Notes: generated by a model from the letters alone, not told the origin. Numbered from the stretch's first letter, positions 9,892 to 20,384 are shown. The stretch: DNA of 64,000 bases from Candidatus Nomurabacteria bacterium GW2011_GWE1_32_28 (GCA_000989515.1 LBOM01000003.1:111833-175832); one strand, 5' to 3'. Program-made: numbers and translations.

Positions 9892-10551
9892 ATGATAAAA
9901 ATACAATCAATTGTACGAGATATTGTATTAGCAGAAATAGAGGCTTATTTTGCACTCACAAATGACTATATGAATATGAGTAGTTATGCATATCGTATAC
10001 GTCCAAAGGTAGAAGAACTTACAAAAAAACAAGTAACCATAACTAGTCTAGTGGTTTCACTGTCTCGTCTAAAAAAAGAATTTAAAAAGATGAAACCATT
10101 GATACATAATGTAGCTATAAAAAATATAACAACCAAGCTCCCTCTCTCAGAACTAATATATAAAAATACAAATGAGTTTATAAAAGAATTAGAGTCGCTT
10201 CATAAGAATATATCAATATCTCAAGAAGATTTTTTCACTACGACGATAAGTACAACAGAAATAGACATTCTCTGTTCTACTATACTAGAAGACAAAATAT
10301 TAAAACATTTTAAAAATAAACCAAAAACAACAAATCACAACCTTGCAGCGATAGGTATCTCTTTTGGGTCAGAAGTCTTTGATACTCCAAATGTTTTTTT
10401 CTCTCTCCTTTCTGTCACCGCCCGCGCAAGTATAAACATAGAAGAATTGGTTTCTACACCAACTGAATTTATTTTAATAGTTGCTGAAAAAGATTTCAGT
10501 AAAACCGTTGCTTTGTTTTCAAACCTATACAGAGAAGTAAATAAAATATAA
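9892..10551 (+). CDS. ACT-domain regulatory protein (aspartokinase C-terminal-like)
   Basis: C-terminal ACT-like segment (TPNVFF...INIEELVSTPTEFILIV) after an N-terminal helical domain. Confidence 0.6.
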   Translation: MIKIQSIVRDIVLAEIEAYFALTNDYMNMSSYAYRIRPKVEELTKKQVTITSLVVSLSRLKKEFKKMKPLIHNVAIKNITTKLPLSELIYKNTNEFIKELESLHKNISISQEDFFTTTISTTEIDILCSTILEDKILKHFKNKPKTTNHNLAAIGISFGSEVFDTPNVFFSLLSVTARASINIEELVSTPTEFILIVAEKDFSKTVALFSNLYREVNKI

Positions 10552-10569
10552 AATTATTATCTACCCAAT

Positions 10570-10752
10570 AAAAAAAGCATTAATCTCTAAACAATCCTTT
10601 TAAAGCTAAACCCTAAAAGTAACAAATTCTTGAAGGATAGACCCAGAAACCCAAAAGGTACCAAGACGTCCTACGCAAACCTATATAACCGATGGCTGAT
10701 TGCTTAGAGATTAATGCCCTCTTAAAACAAAAAAGGTCTTAAACCTCTGTAG
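10570..10752 (-). ncRNA. Candidate structured non-coding RNA
   Basis: 20-bp inverted repeat (10577-10596 / 10698-10717, one G-U pair on the minus strand), a T run after the stem, TATAAT upstream on the minus strand, no ORF. Confidence 0.4.
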
Positions 10753-10859
10753 ATAATTATACTATATTATCAACTAATCAAATGCTATAATGTGTATAGC
10801 AATGTGGATAGCGTGTTAATAATTAGCTACATATAGAAGCATAGCATACTATAAAAAAA

Positions 10860-11894
10860 ATGTCAAGTAAAAATACTAATAAAAAAACAGAAGATAGAAA
10901 AAATAACAATGAAAACAATAATGATTCTGTTCTCGACCAAGTGCTACGTCCCTCTAGCTGGAATGAATACATAGGCCAAAAACACATAAAAGATAACATA
11001 AAAATTCTTTTAACAGCAGCAGAAGAGCGTGGTCACATACCAGAGCATATTTTATTTTATGGACCACCAGGACTAGGAAAAACAACGCTTGCACACCTTA
11101 TAGCAAAAGAAACTGGAAAACAAATGAAAATAACATCTGGTCCTGCTATTGAAAAAGTAGGAGATCTTGCCTCTATTCTTACAAATCTTTCTCCTGGTGA
11201 TATTCTTTTTATTGATGAAATTCATCGACTTAATAAAATGGTTGAGGAAATACTTTACCCAGCGATGGAATCTGGTGTTTTAGATATTATTATTGGAAAA
11301 GGTCCTTCTGCGAGAACAATCCAGCTAGATTTACCACCATTCACATTAATAGCAGCTACCACACGTGTAGCGCTCGTATCTTCCCCTCTTCGTTCACGTT
11401 TTTCTGGTGGAGTTTTTAGATTAGAATTTTATTCAAATGAAGAAATAGCAGAAATAGTGCGCAGGTCTAGCAAGTTGTTAAAAACAGAACTAGACGAAGG
11501 GGCACTAGAAGAAATAGCTAAACGAAGCAGGTTTACTCCTCGTACAGCAAATTATTTTTTAAAAAGGGCACGAGACTTTGCACAAGTGAACAAAAAAAAT
11601 CTAGATCAAAAAACAGTAAACGATGCACTCAATATGCTCGCAATTGATGATATTGGTTTAAATTCTTCTGATAGAAAATTTTTAGAAATATTAATTGAAA
11701 AATTTAATGGTGGACCAGTGGGATTAAAAACAATAGGGGCTGCAATGTCTGAAGAAGAAGCTACAGTAGAAGAAGTAATAGAACCATATTTAATACAACT
11801 TGGTCTACTAGAAAGAACAGCTCGTGGACGTGTCGCTACAGAGAAAGCTTATAATCATCTAGGTTTTGAATACAAACAAAATAAACTAATTTAA
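10860..11894 (+). CDS. ruvB: Holliday junction branch migration helicase
   Basis: GPPGLGKTTLA, FIDEIHR, LYPAME, EPYL...TARGR. Confidence 0.98.
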   Translation: MSSKNTNKKTEDRKNNNENNNDSVLDQVLRPSSWNEYIGQKHIKDNIKILLTAAEERGHIPEHILFYGPPGLGKTTLAHLIAKETGKQMKITSGPAIEKVGDLASILTNLSPGDILFIDEIHRLNKMVEEILYPAMESGVLDIIIGKGPSARTIQLDLPPFTLIAATTRVALVSSPLRSRFSGGVFRLEFYSNEEIAEIVRRSSKLLKTELDEGALEEIAKRSRFTPRTANYFLKRARDFAQVNKKNLDQKTVNDALNMLAIDDIGLNSSDRKFLEILIEKFNGGPVGLKTIGAAMSEEEATVEEVIEPYLIQLGLLERTARGRVATEKAYNHLGFEYKQNKLI

Positions 11895-11898
11895 TTAT

Positions 11899-12438
11899 AT
11901 GTCAGGACATAATAAATGGTCACAAATAAAACACAAAAAGGGCATCACAGATGCGAAAAAGAGTAAAATTTTTTCTAAACTTGTGCGTTTTATATCAGTA
12001 GAAGCAAAGCTTGCAAGCGGAGATGTAAATGCACCAGGACTTAGAGCTGCAATAGAAAAAGCCAAAAAAGTAAATATGCCTTCTGAAAACATAGAAAGAG
12101 CAATAAAGAAAGCCTCAGAAACAGGAGCACAAATGGAGTCTATTGTATACGAAACTTATGGGCCAGGAGGTGTTGGTATTATAATTGAAACATTAACAGA
12201 CAGTAGAAACAGAACAGCTCAAGACATAAAGCACATCCTGAGTAAAAATAATTTTATGCTCGGTGGAATAGGATCAGTAGCCTGGTCTTTTACTAAAGAA
12301 AAAACAGAAGAAGGAATATTGTGGAAACCAAATATGTTTATATCAATTTCTGATGATGATTTGGTGTTATTAGATAAACTTGTAGAAGAACTAGAAGAAA
12401 ATGATGATGTGCAAGATATCTACACAAATGCAGAATAG
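11899..12438 (+). CDS. yebC: YebC/PmpR family protein (short form)
   Basis: MSGHNKWSQIKHKKG and ELEENDDVQDIYTN. Confidence 0.95.
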   Translation: MSGHNKWSQIKHKKGITDAKKSKIFSKLVRFISVEAKLASGDVNAPGLRAAIEKAKKVNMPSENIERAIKKASETGAQMESIVYETYGPGGVGIIIETLTDSRNRTAQDIKHILSKNNFMLGGIGSVAWSFTKEKTEEGILWKPNMFISISDDDLVLLDKLVEELEENDDVQDIYTNAE

Positions 12439-12441
12439 GAA

Positions 12442-12484
12442 CAATTACGAATTATCAATTACGAATTACGAATTTAAAATATAC
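12442..12484 (+). repeat. Heptamer junction element between yebC and ruvC
   Basis: CAATTACGAATTATCAATTACGAATTACGAATTTAAAATATAC. Confidence 0.85.
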
Positions 12485-12486
12485 TT

Positions 12487-12999
12487 ATGATAATTTTAGG
12501 AATAGATCCTGGTTTTGAGAGACTAGGAATCGCCATATTAGAAAAGAACAGTGGTGACAAAAAAGAAAAAGTACTATTTTCTAAATGTTTTTACACATCT
12601 GCAAAATTAGAGTTTTCTGAAAGATTGGTTTTAATAGGAAAAGAAGTAAAAAGTATAATAAAAGAATTTAAACCAGATATTTTATCTATTGAAACTTTAT
12701 TCTTAACAACTAATCATAAAACAGTAATGCATGTAGCAGAGGCACGTGGTGTTGTTATATATGAAGCATCTTGTCGCGGATTAAAAATATTTGAAGCTTC
12801 TCCTCCACAAATAAAAATAGCTACAACTGGTTATGGAAAAGCAAACAAAGAACAGATAATGAAAATGGTAAAAATATTGGTTGATATAAATCAAAACAAA
12901 ACCCATCCAAACAATAACTCCATGGTTAAAGAATCTGATGATGAGCTAGATGCTATTGCTATAGCACTAACTGCTTTTGCATACATTAAAAAAATGTGA
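12487..12999 (+). CDS. ruvC: Holliday junction resolvase
   Basis: ILGIDPG, EARGV, GYGKANKEQI, DAIAIA. Confidence 0.96.
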   Translation: MIILGIDPGFERLGIAILEKNSGDKKEKVLFSKCFYTSAKLEFSERLVLIGKEVKSIIKEFKPDILSIETLFLTTNHKTVMHVAEARGVVIYEASCRGLKIFEASPPQIKIATTGYGKANKEQIMKMVKILVDINQNKTHPNNNSMVKESDDELDAIAIALTAFAYIKKM

Positions 13000-13166
13000 T
13001 TTTTAAAAGCTTATTTTGGTTTTTTTATATTTCATTAGTTATCCACATATTCTATCTTTACCTCTTGCTAAACAATTATATTTTTGATAAAAATAAAGAA
13101 AATAATTTTTATTATTAAAAAAATTGGTCGATTAATGTTTTTTTTAAAAAAAATATAAAATAATAT

Positions 13167-13295
13167 ATGAGTTACGATGATGAAGAAGAATTAACAATGG
13201 ATGATGAAATACTAGATGACGAAGAATCTTTGGATTTACCAAAGGAACCTTTGGAAGACGAAGAAGATTATGATCCAGAAAACAGATATCATTAA
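13167..13295 (+). CDS. Very acidic 42-aa microprotein
   Basis: Manual ORF MSYDDEEELTMDDEILDDEESLDLPKEPLEDEEDYDPENRYH, followed directly by a terminator. Confidence 0.6.
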   Translation: MSYDDEEELTMDDEILDDEESLDLPKEPLEDEEDYDPENRYH

Positions 13296-13296
13296 A

Positions 13297-13329
13297 TAAA
13301 AAACCGCTCCAATTAAGGGGCGGTTTTTT
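13297..13329. terminator. Bidirectional intrinsic terminator
   Basis: AAAAAACCGCTCC-AATTAA-GGGGCGGTTTTTT between convergent genes. Confidence 0.8.
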
Positions 13330-14704
13330 ATTTAATCTTTATAAATTTTTTTTTACCTATTTTAAATTTCATTTTATTCTCTGGAACAAGATTAACATCT
13401 TCTATTTTTTTATTAGTATCAAGATCTGTAATAGCACCTTCTTCTACTAATCTTCTAAAATCACTTTTAGAAGATAAAATATTTGCCCTTACTAAAATAT
13501 CCATTAATGTTTCTTTGCTGTTTTTTTTAAGTTCTATCATTTCTTCAGGGACTTCCCTTTTTTGAAAAACATTAACAAAACTTTCTTCAGCTTTTTTGGC
13601 TTTATCTTCTCCGTGGTAAATAGCAACAATTTGACGAGCAAGATCCATTTTTAAATCCTTAGGATTAACTGATGCCTTTTCAAGTTTCTTTTTTATTTCT
13701 TCAACCTCATCTGTTGAAGTAAAGGTACATAATTCAAAATAATTTCCAATAGAAGAATCTGAAATAGACATTACTTTTCCATACATATCATTTGGTTCAT
13801 CAGTAATACCAATATAATTATCAAGGCTCTTAGACATTTTCTCTTTTCCGTCCGTTCCTTCGAGAAGCCTAAAAGAAAGAACTGACTGTGGTATTTTTTT
13901 ATTCATATCCATAACATCACGTCCAACAAGCATATTAAAAAGTTGATCAGTACCCCCAACCTCAAGATCACATGAACCATATATATTAGAAATAGCGTTT
14001 GAATCTATGCCTTGAATAACAGGATACATCATTTCATGCATAAAAACAGGCAAACCTTCCTTTATTCTATCTTGGAACATGTCTCTTTCAATTAGTCTAT
14101 TAAATGTAATTTTTCTTAAAATAGCTAATACACTTATTAAAGTATAACTATTAATATTATTCTTTTGCATTCTTGTAGCTTCCCAGTGGTGTGCCTTAGC
14201 TAAAATATGATTCCCTGGTAATACTGGTGTAGTAGCTACTGTTTTGTTTCCTATATTTATATTTATAATTTGATTATCTGGTGCAATAATATCATTAATA
14301 GAAACAAGCCAATCAGAATTCATTGTCCATGAAAAAACTTTCGGATCTTTAAGTAAAATTTTATCAACCTGATCTAAATAAGTTTTCATATTTTTTTGTA
14401 TTTCTATGTGTTCAATTTCTGGACGAATCTTACTTTTTCCTGTTGGATCTCCAATCATTGCTGTAATATCACCAACAAGAAAAACAACCCGACACCCCAA
14501 ATCTTGAAATTGTCGAAGTCTGTGCAAAACGACAGCATGACCTAAATGAATATCTGGACGATTTGGGTCAACACCAAATTTAATAACTATTTTTTCTGGA
14601 CTAGTCTCTAGTTTTTTACGAAAAATACCATTAGGATCAATGAATTCCCCTACCCCCCTACTAAATAACTCATCTATTTTTTCTTTATTTAAAGTTTTCC
14701 CCAT
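13328..14704 (-). CDS. tyrS: Tyrosine--tRNA ligase
   Basis: HLGH (HIGH), YPVIQGID, GGTDQLFN, KMSKS and C-terminal S4 domain. Confidence 0.97.
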   Translation of the reverse strand: MGKTLNKEKIDELFSRGVGEFIDPNGIFRKKLETSPEKIVIKFGVDPNRPDIHLGHAVVLHRLRQFQDLGCRVVFLVGDITAMIGDPTGKSKIRPEIEHIEIQKNMKTYLDQVDKILLKDPKVFSWTMNSDWLVSINDIIAPDNQIININIGNKTVATTPVLPGNHILAKAHHWEATRMQKNNINSYTLISVLAILRKITFNRLIERDMFQDRIKEGLPVFMHEMMYPVIQGIDSNAISNIYGSCDLEVGGTDQLFNMLVGRDVMDMNKKIPQSVLSFRLLEGTDGKEKMSKSLDNYIGITDEPNDMYGKVMSISDSSIGNYFELCTFTSTDEVEEIKKKLEKASVNPKDLKMDLARQIVAIYHGEDKAKKAEESFVNVFQKREVPEEMIELKKNSKETLMDILVRANILSSKSDFRRLVEEGAITDLDTNKKIEDVNLVPENKMKFKIGKKKFIKIK

Positions 14705-14786
14705 AGAAAAGTATTATAACACAGATAAACAAATATATTAAAAAACAGATTACAAAATATTCATTTTTCTGATATGATTAAAGATA

Positions 14787-17303
14787 ATGAAAAAAAGATT
14801 TAATGGTACTAAAATTATTAAAAATACGCTATTTCTCGTGTTTGGTGTTTCTGTTTTAACAGCTGGAATAATAGTCTTTTGGCTTTCTACTTTAAAAATT
14901 CCAGATTTTCATTCTTTTGAAGACAGAAAAATTATAAATTCTACAAAAATTTATGATCGCACTGGAGAAATATTGCTATACGATATACACCAAGACATAA
15001 AAAGAACAAACATACCATTTGAAAAAATGGGTACAAATATTAAAAATACGACTATTGCCATAGAAGATTCTGAATTTTATAACCATGGAGGAATAAGAAT
15101 AACATCTATTATAAGAGCAGTTTTTTCTAATTTATTTAATATTGGAATAGGGGGTGGTGGTTCAACCATAACCCAACAGTTAGTTAAAAATACCCTTTTA
15201 ACACAAAAAGTGAGCTATATAAGAAAAATAAAAGAATGGTTTTTGGCAATCAAAATAGAAAAATCAATGTCTAAAGAAAAAATATTAGAAGCTTATCTAA
15301 ATGAAAATCCTTATGGAGGTAATATTTATGGAATAGCAGAAGCGTCTAAAACATATTTTAATAAAATTCCAGAAAATTTAACACTCGCAGAGGCTGCATA
15401 TTTAGCAGCAATACCACAGTCACCAACAGTACTTTCACCTTATGGTAAAAATAAAGACAAACTAGATACTAGAAAAAATCTAGTCCTTTCTAGGATGAAA
15501 ACACTTAACTTCATTTCTGAAGAAGAATATAATACTGCAAAAAATGAAGTTGTTGTCTTTACAACACAAGCAACTACTGGAATAAAAGCACCTCATTTTG
15601 TTTTTTTTATAAAAGACTATCTTGAACAAAAATATGGAAGTGATCTAATAGAAAAAGGAGGATTAAAAGTAATAACAACACTAGACTACACCCTACAAGA
15701 AAAAGGAGAAGCCATAGTAAAAGAAGGTGCTATTAAAAATGAAAAAGATTGGAATGGTAAAAATGCAGGACTTGTTGCAATAGACCCAAAAACAGGACAA
15801 ATATTAACAATGATCGGTTCAAGAGATTATTTTGATAAAACAATAGATGGTAACTATAACATAGCAACAGCATTGAGACAGCCAGGTTCTTCTTTTAAGC
15901 CATTTATATACGCCACAGCCTTCAATAAGGGGTTTACTCCGAATACAGTACTATTTGATTTACCTACTGAATTTCAAACGACCTGTAATGCTTATGGAAA
16001 TGCACTACCTGGACACAACCAAGGAGATTGTTATATGCCAGAAAATTATGATGGAAAAACAGTCGGACCAATAAGTCTTCGAAATGCATTAGCACAATCA
16101 AGAAATATTCCTGCTGTAAAACTTTTTTATCTATCAGGACTATCTGATTCACTAAAAACAGCAGAAGATATGGGAATCACTAGTTTAAAAGATATAAGTA
16201 GATATGGACTTACTCTTGTAATAGGAGGAGGTGAAGTATCCCTGCTTGATATAACATCAGCCTATGGGGTTTTTGCAAATGACGGTATAAGAAATAAACA
16301 TACAGGAATATTAAAAATTGAAGATATAAATGGAAATATTTTAGAAGAATATAATCCAAATGCAAAAGAAATATTACCAAAAAATACAGCGCTAACTATT
16401 TCCAATATACTTTCAGACAATATAGCACGTGCACCAACATTTGGATCATCTTCTGTGCTTTATATTCCTGGAAAAGATATTGCTGTAAAAACAGGAACAA
16501 CAAACAACAACAAGGATGCTTGGACAATAGGATATACACCATCAATATCTGTAGGTGTTTGGGCTGGCAATAATGACAATAATCCAATGAAAAAAGGTGG
16601 TTCTGCAGTAGCTGGACCAATTTGGAATGAATTTATTAATGAAGCACTAAAAATACTGCCAAATGAAAAATTTGAAAAACCAAATTTAGAAATAGATACA
16701 GCAACAACAAAACCAGTTATACGTGGATTTTGGCAAGGAAACGAAAACTTTTTTATAGACACAATTTCGGGCAAACTTGCGGGATATTTAACACCAAAAG
16801 AGACAAGGCAAGAAAAAATAATAACAAATGTTCATTCTATTCTTTATTGGATAGATAAAGACAATATCTTGGGCACAGCGCCATCAAACCCAGAAAACAA
16901 CCCACAGTTTAAACATTGGGAAATTCCAATCCAAAACTGGTGGTCAAAAAATGCATCAAAATACAAAATAACAACATGGTCAGAAAAGCCAACAGAAACA
17001 GACAATGTACATACAGAGTTATCAAAACCCATTATTTCAATAATCCAACCAGACACAACATCAGAATATTTTATAGACCAAAAAATACAACTTAAAATTT
17101 TAAGCTCTGGTTATTATCCACTACAAAAAATGGATATATTTATAAATAATACTTTTATAGATACAATAAAAGAACCCTTTAGTTTTTCTTTCATTCCAGG
17201 AGAGATAGAAAATATAAAAGAAAAAAATGAATTAAAAATAGTTTCTTATGATTCTATTTATAATAATTCAGAGAATGTAACTATATTCAAAATAAAACAA
17301 TAG
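14787..17303 (+). CDS. Class A penicillin-binding protein (PBP1A family)
   Basis: EDSEFYNH and GGSTITQQL transglycosylase motifs; SSFK, SRN and KTG transpeptidase motifs. Confidence 0.95.
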   Translation: MKKRFNGTKIIKNTLFLVFGVSVLTAGIIVFWLSTLKIPDFHSFEDRKIINSTKIYDRTGEILLYDIHQDIKRTNIPFEKMGTNIKNTTIAIEDSEFYNHGGIRITSIIRAVFSNLFNIGIGGGGSTITQQLVKNTLLTQKVSYIRKIKEWFLAIKIEKSMSKEKILEAYLNENPYGGNIYGIAEASKTYFNKIPENLTLAEAAYLAAIPQSPTVLSPYGKNKDKLDTRKNLVLSRMKTLNFISEEEYNTAKNEVVVFTTQATTGIKAPHFVFFIKDYLEQKYGSDLIEKGGLKVITTLDYTLQEKGEAIVKEGAIKNEKDWNGKNAGLVAIDPKTGQILTMIGSRDYFDKTIDGNYNIATALRQPGSSFKPFIYATAFNKGFTPNTVLFDLPTEFQTTCNAYGNALPGHNQGDCYMPENYDGKTVGPISLRNALAQSRNIPAVKLFYLSGLSDSLKTAEDMGITSLKDISRYGLTLVIGGGEVSLLDITSAYGVFANDGIRNKHTGILKIEDINGNILEEYNPNAKEILPKNTALTISNILSDNIARAPTFGSSSVLYIPGKDIAVKTGTTNNNKDAWTIGYTPSISVGVWAGNNDNNPMKKGGSAVAGPIWNEFINEALKILPNEKFEKPNLEIDTATTKPVIRGFWQGNENFFIDTISGKLAGYLTPKETRQEKIITNVHSILYWIDKDNILGTAPSNPENNPQFKHWEIPIQNWWSKNASKYKITTWSEKPTETDNVHTELSKPIISIIQPDTTSEYFIDQKIQLKILSSGYYPLQKMDIFINNTFIDTIKEPFSFSFIPGEIENIKEKNELKIVSYDSIYNNSENVTIFKIKQ

Positions 17304-17308
17304 TATTT

Positions 17309-17566
17309 TTATACTATATTTTGTGGTGTTTTCTTGCCCAGATTTTCCCTTAATTTTAAAAAAATCTCGTCTTTCTTTAATAGAATTTCATTTTTATAAA
17401 TTGGTTTTATATTTAAATAAATTATATTATTTTTTATTTTTATGTCTTCTATTTTTATAGTTAGATTTAATACATCAAATAGTACACTTCTCAGTGTATC
17501 TATTTTTAAATTTTCAGAAATTAATAAATTATTAAATTTTAAAAGTAAATCTTTAATCTCTATCAT
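17309..17566 (-). CDS. Probable DciA (DUF721)-like helicase loader
   Basis: Directly downstream of dnaN; IKNNIIYLNI..IYKNEILLKKDEIF resembles the DciA KH-like pattern. Confidence 0.45.
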   Translation of the reverse strand: MIEIKDLLLKFNNLLISENLKIDTLRSVLFDVLNLTIKIEDIKIKNNIIYLNIKPIYKNEILLKKDEIFLKLRENLGKKTPQNIV

Positions 17567-17608
17567 TATTACTTTATACTTTATGAATTTTATAACCTTT
17601 TACTATAC

Positions 17609-18706
17609 TTATCTATTCATTGGCATTATAAGATAAGTAAATGAATTGTCAGAATTACCAGAGATTACCATTGGTTTAGAAGATTGATTTAATTTTATAG
17701 AAACACTATCTGTGTTTATGGACTGAAAACAATCAAGAAAATATTTATAATTAAAACCAAGAGTAGTATCACCACCCTTAACTGCAGCATCTAAATAAGT
17801 TTTATTTTCTCCAACGTCGTTATTTTGAGAAGATAATTCAAATACTTTTTCTTTTGTTTTAATTAAAAGATCTATTTGATTAAATTTGTCTGAAAAAATA
17901 TTTGAAAGCTTTAAAGCACTTAACAAGTCTTGCTTTAATACAATAGCCTCAACACCAAATTCTTTTGGGACTATTTGTCTATAGTCAGGAAATACACCAT
18001 CTATAATTCTAGATGTTAAATAAATATAATTAGAAGAAAAAGAAATTTGATTTTTGTTAAAACAAATTTTTATAGTATCCTGTACATCTCCAAAAATTCT
18101 TAATATTTCAGATATATTTTTAAAAGGTATAAGTATGCCCTTTATTTCTTCTATACCTTTAACCTTTATCTTCTTTTCAGCCAATCTAAAAGAATCAGTA
18201 GAAACAAATACTAAATTATCATCGTTTGTATAAATAAAAACACTAGAAATTTCTGGTTTTATATCTGATAAAGAAGAACTATAATATACAGATTTTATAC
18301 CTTCTATTAATTTTTTTGATTCTATTTCAAAAGTTGTTCCATCTACTATTGGTATTGTTGGAAAATCATCTGGAATTTGTCCTTTTAGTTTTATTCTACT
18401 TTTTTTTGATTTAATCATTAAATTACCATTTTCACTTTCAAGACTTACATTTTCATTTTGAAAAATATTAGAAAAAATTCCAGCCAATATTGTTCCAGAA
18501 ATAGCAACAATACCTTCTTTTTCAATTTTTGCAGGAATCTCTATTTCAATACCAAGACTTAAATTGGTTGCTCTAAGTTTTAATGATTTCCCTGATGCAA
18601 TTAATAATATTGAACTCAGAATGGGTAATGTTAAATTTTTACCCGTTATTTTTTCTACTTGCATAATTCCATTTTTAATTTTTTCTACTTCACAATCTAA
18701 TTTCAT
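17609..18706 (-). CDS. dnaN: DNA polymerase III beta clamp
   Basis: LPILS, ATNL, STDSFRL, FPDY and C-terminal LIMPM. Confidence 0.98.
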   Translation of the reverse strand: MKLDCEVEKIKNGIMQVEKITGKNLTLPILSSILLIASGKSLKLRATNLSLGIEIEIPAKIEKEGIVAISGTILAGIFSNIFQNENVSLESENGNLMIKSKKSRIKLKGQIPDDFPTIPIVDGTTFEIESKKLIEGIKSVYYSSSLSDIKPEISSVFIYTNDDNLVFVSTDSFRLAEKKIKVKGIEEIKGILIPFKNISEILRIFGDVQDTIKICFNKNQISFSSNYIYLTSRIIDGVFPDYRQIVPKEFGVEAIVLKQDLLSALKLSNIFSDKFNQIDLLIKTKEKVFELSSQNNDVGENKTYLDAAVKGGDTTLGFNYKYFLDCFQSINTDSVSIKLNQSSKPMVISGNSDNSFTYLIMPMNR

Positions 18707-18963
18707 ATGTTTATATATTATATATTTAATTTATTACTACTATTAGTGCTGTTGATAAGTGTATAAACTAAATATATCTTATTTTAAATGACTATTTTTA
18801 TAATTTATTTGTTAATTTTAATTATAATAACTATTTGTATTTTTTTATTTATTTTTTAAAATATATTTTTTTATATTTTATTTGTTTTTTATTAACAGTT
18901 TTTATTTAAATTATTCATTGTTTATTGTTGAGTTTTACTTAACTTTTACACACTTATAAACAG
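18707..18963. promoter_or_regulatory. Probable oriC (dnaA-dnaN spacer)
   Basis: Extremely AT-rich, with degenerate DnaA boxes TGTTGATAA (18750) and AGTGTATAA (18758). The plus strand looks C-rich to the left and G/T-rich to the right (by eye). Confidence 0.7.
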
Positions 18964-20307
18964 CTATTTAAACATAATTCTTATTTGCTCTATCTCTTGT
19001 AATAATTGTGGATCATTTTTTAGGTCTGTTTTTATTTTTAAATAGGAATGAATTACTGTTGTGTGGTCTTTTCCACCAAGTTTTTGTCCTATTAGTGGAT
19101 AGGACACATTAAAATCTTCTCTAAGAATATACATTACTATTTGTCTTGCTTTTACTATTTCTTTTCTTCTTGTCTTTTCATATATTGATGACTCCTCAAG
19201 AGAATAATAATCACTTATTGTTTTTACCACTTCTTTTATGGATACATTTTTCTTTTGTTTTATGTTATTTTTGAGTAAGTTTTTTACTTCTGGTATTGTA
19301 AGAGGTTTATTTTTGAGTCTATAGTGACAAACTATTGTATTTAAACTCCCCTCTAGCTCCCTTATGTTTCCTTGTATTGACTGTGCAACATATTCTATTA
19401 TTTCTTGACCCAAATCAATATTTTGTTCTTTTAATTTTACTTTTAATATTGCAAGACGTGATTCATATTCTGGTTCTGAAACATCAACTATCATTCCAGC
19501 TGCAAAACGGGATTTGAGACGATCTGCTAGTTCGGGAATATAGTTTGGATGTTTATCTGAAGAAAAAATAATTTGTTTATTGTTTTCGTAAAATGTATTA
19601 AATGTATGAAAAAGTTCTTCTTGTATTTTTTCCATTTTACCAATAAATTGTATGTCATCTATAATTAAAAGATCATATTTTCTATATTTTTCCTTAAAAG
19701 AGTTTGCTTTGTTATTTTGTAGTGAATTTACAAAATCAGTAGCAAATTTTTCTAGGGTTATATAGTGTACTTTTTTGTTTGGATATTTATCTTTTATTGA
19801 ATTCCCCACTGCTTGAATTAGATGTGTTTTTCCGAGCCCAGTTCCACCATAAACAAAGAAAGGGTTATACTTGGTACCAGGATTTTCTATTATTGCTTGA
19901 GATGCAGCGTGTGCGAGTTCATTAAAAGTTCCAACTATAAAAGAATTAAAATGATATCTAGGGTTTAGATTATCATCTGGATTTATATATAGATCTCTTA
20001 GTGGTAGTTCTTTGTTTACATAAGATTCGCTTACTTTTATTGGCTCTTGTTTATTTGTTTCTATCTTTGTAATAACATATTCTACCGCTCTCATGTTTTC
20101 ATATGAATCTGCTATGGTTTTTGTTATTAGTTTGTGATATTTATTTTTTAACCAATCACGTACAAACTCATTTGGTACTCCAACATAAACGATACCAATT
20201 TCCTCTTTTATAATACATGTATTTTTAAACCATGTGCTAAAGTTTGCCTTAGAAACACCACCTTCTATTTCTACTAGACAATTTTTCCAGAGTTGTTTTA
20301 TATCCAT
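18964..20307 (-). CDS. dnaA: Chromosomal replication initiator
   Basis: YNPFFVYGGTGLGKTHL, DDIQF, NIRELEG, GGKDHTTVIH. Confidence 0.99.
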   Translation of the reverse strand: MDIKQLWKNCLVEIEGGVSKANFSTWFKNTCIIKEEIGIVYVGVPNEFVRDWLKNKYHKLITKTIADSYENMRAVEYVITKIETNKQEPIKVSESYVNKELPLRDLYINPDDNLNPRYHFNSFIVGTFNELAHAASQAIIENPGTKYNPFFVYGGTGLGKTHLIQAVGNSIKDKYPNKKVHYITLEKFATDFVNSLQNNKANSFKEKYRKYDLLIIDDIQFIGKMEKIQEELFHTFNTFYENNKQIIFSSDKHPNYIPELADRLKSRFAAGMIVDVSEPEYESRLAILKVKLKEQNIDLGQEIIEYVAQSIQGNIRELEGSLNTIVCHYRLKNKPLTIPEVKNLLKNNIKQKKNVSIKEVVKTISDYYSLEESSIYEKTRRKEIVKARQIVMYILREDFNVSYPLIGQKLGGKDHTTVIHSYLKIKTDLKNDPQLLQEIEQIRIMFK

Positions 20308-20364
20308 ATAGGTAAGATTATACTATAATATTTTTTAATACAAATTTATAAAAGGTATTAACTA

Positions 20365-20384
20365 TGTTGATAAGCTGTGAATAA
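20365..20384. promoter_or_regulatory. Tandem DnaA boxes upstream of dnaA
   Basis: TGTTGATAA-GC-TGTGAATAA. Confidence 0.7.

Noticed and set aside
10860-12999. ruvA missing from the ruvB-yebC-ruvC cluster; YebC short
   Set aside because: ruvA may lie elsewhere in the genome, and reduced proteins are expected in CPR; cannot be judged from one window
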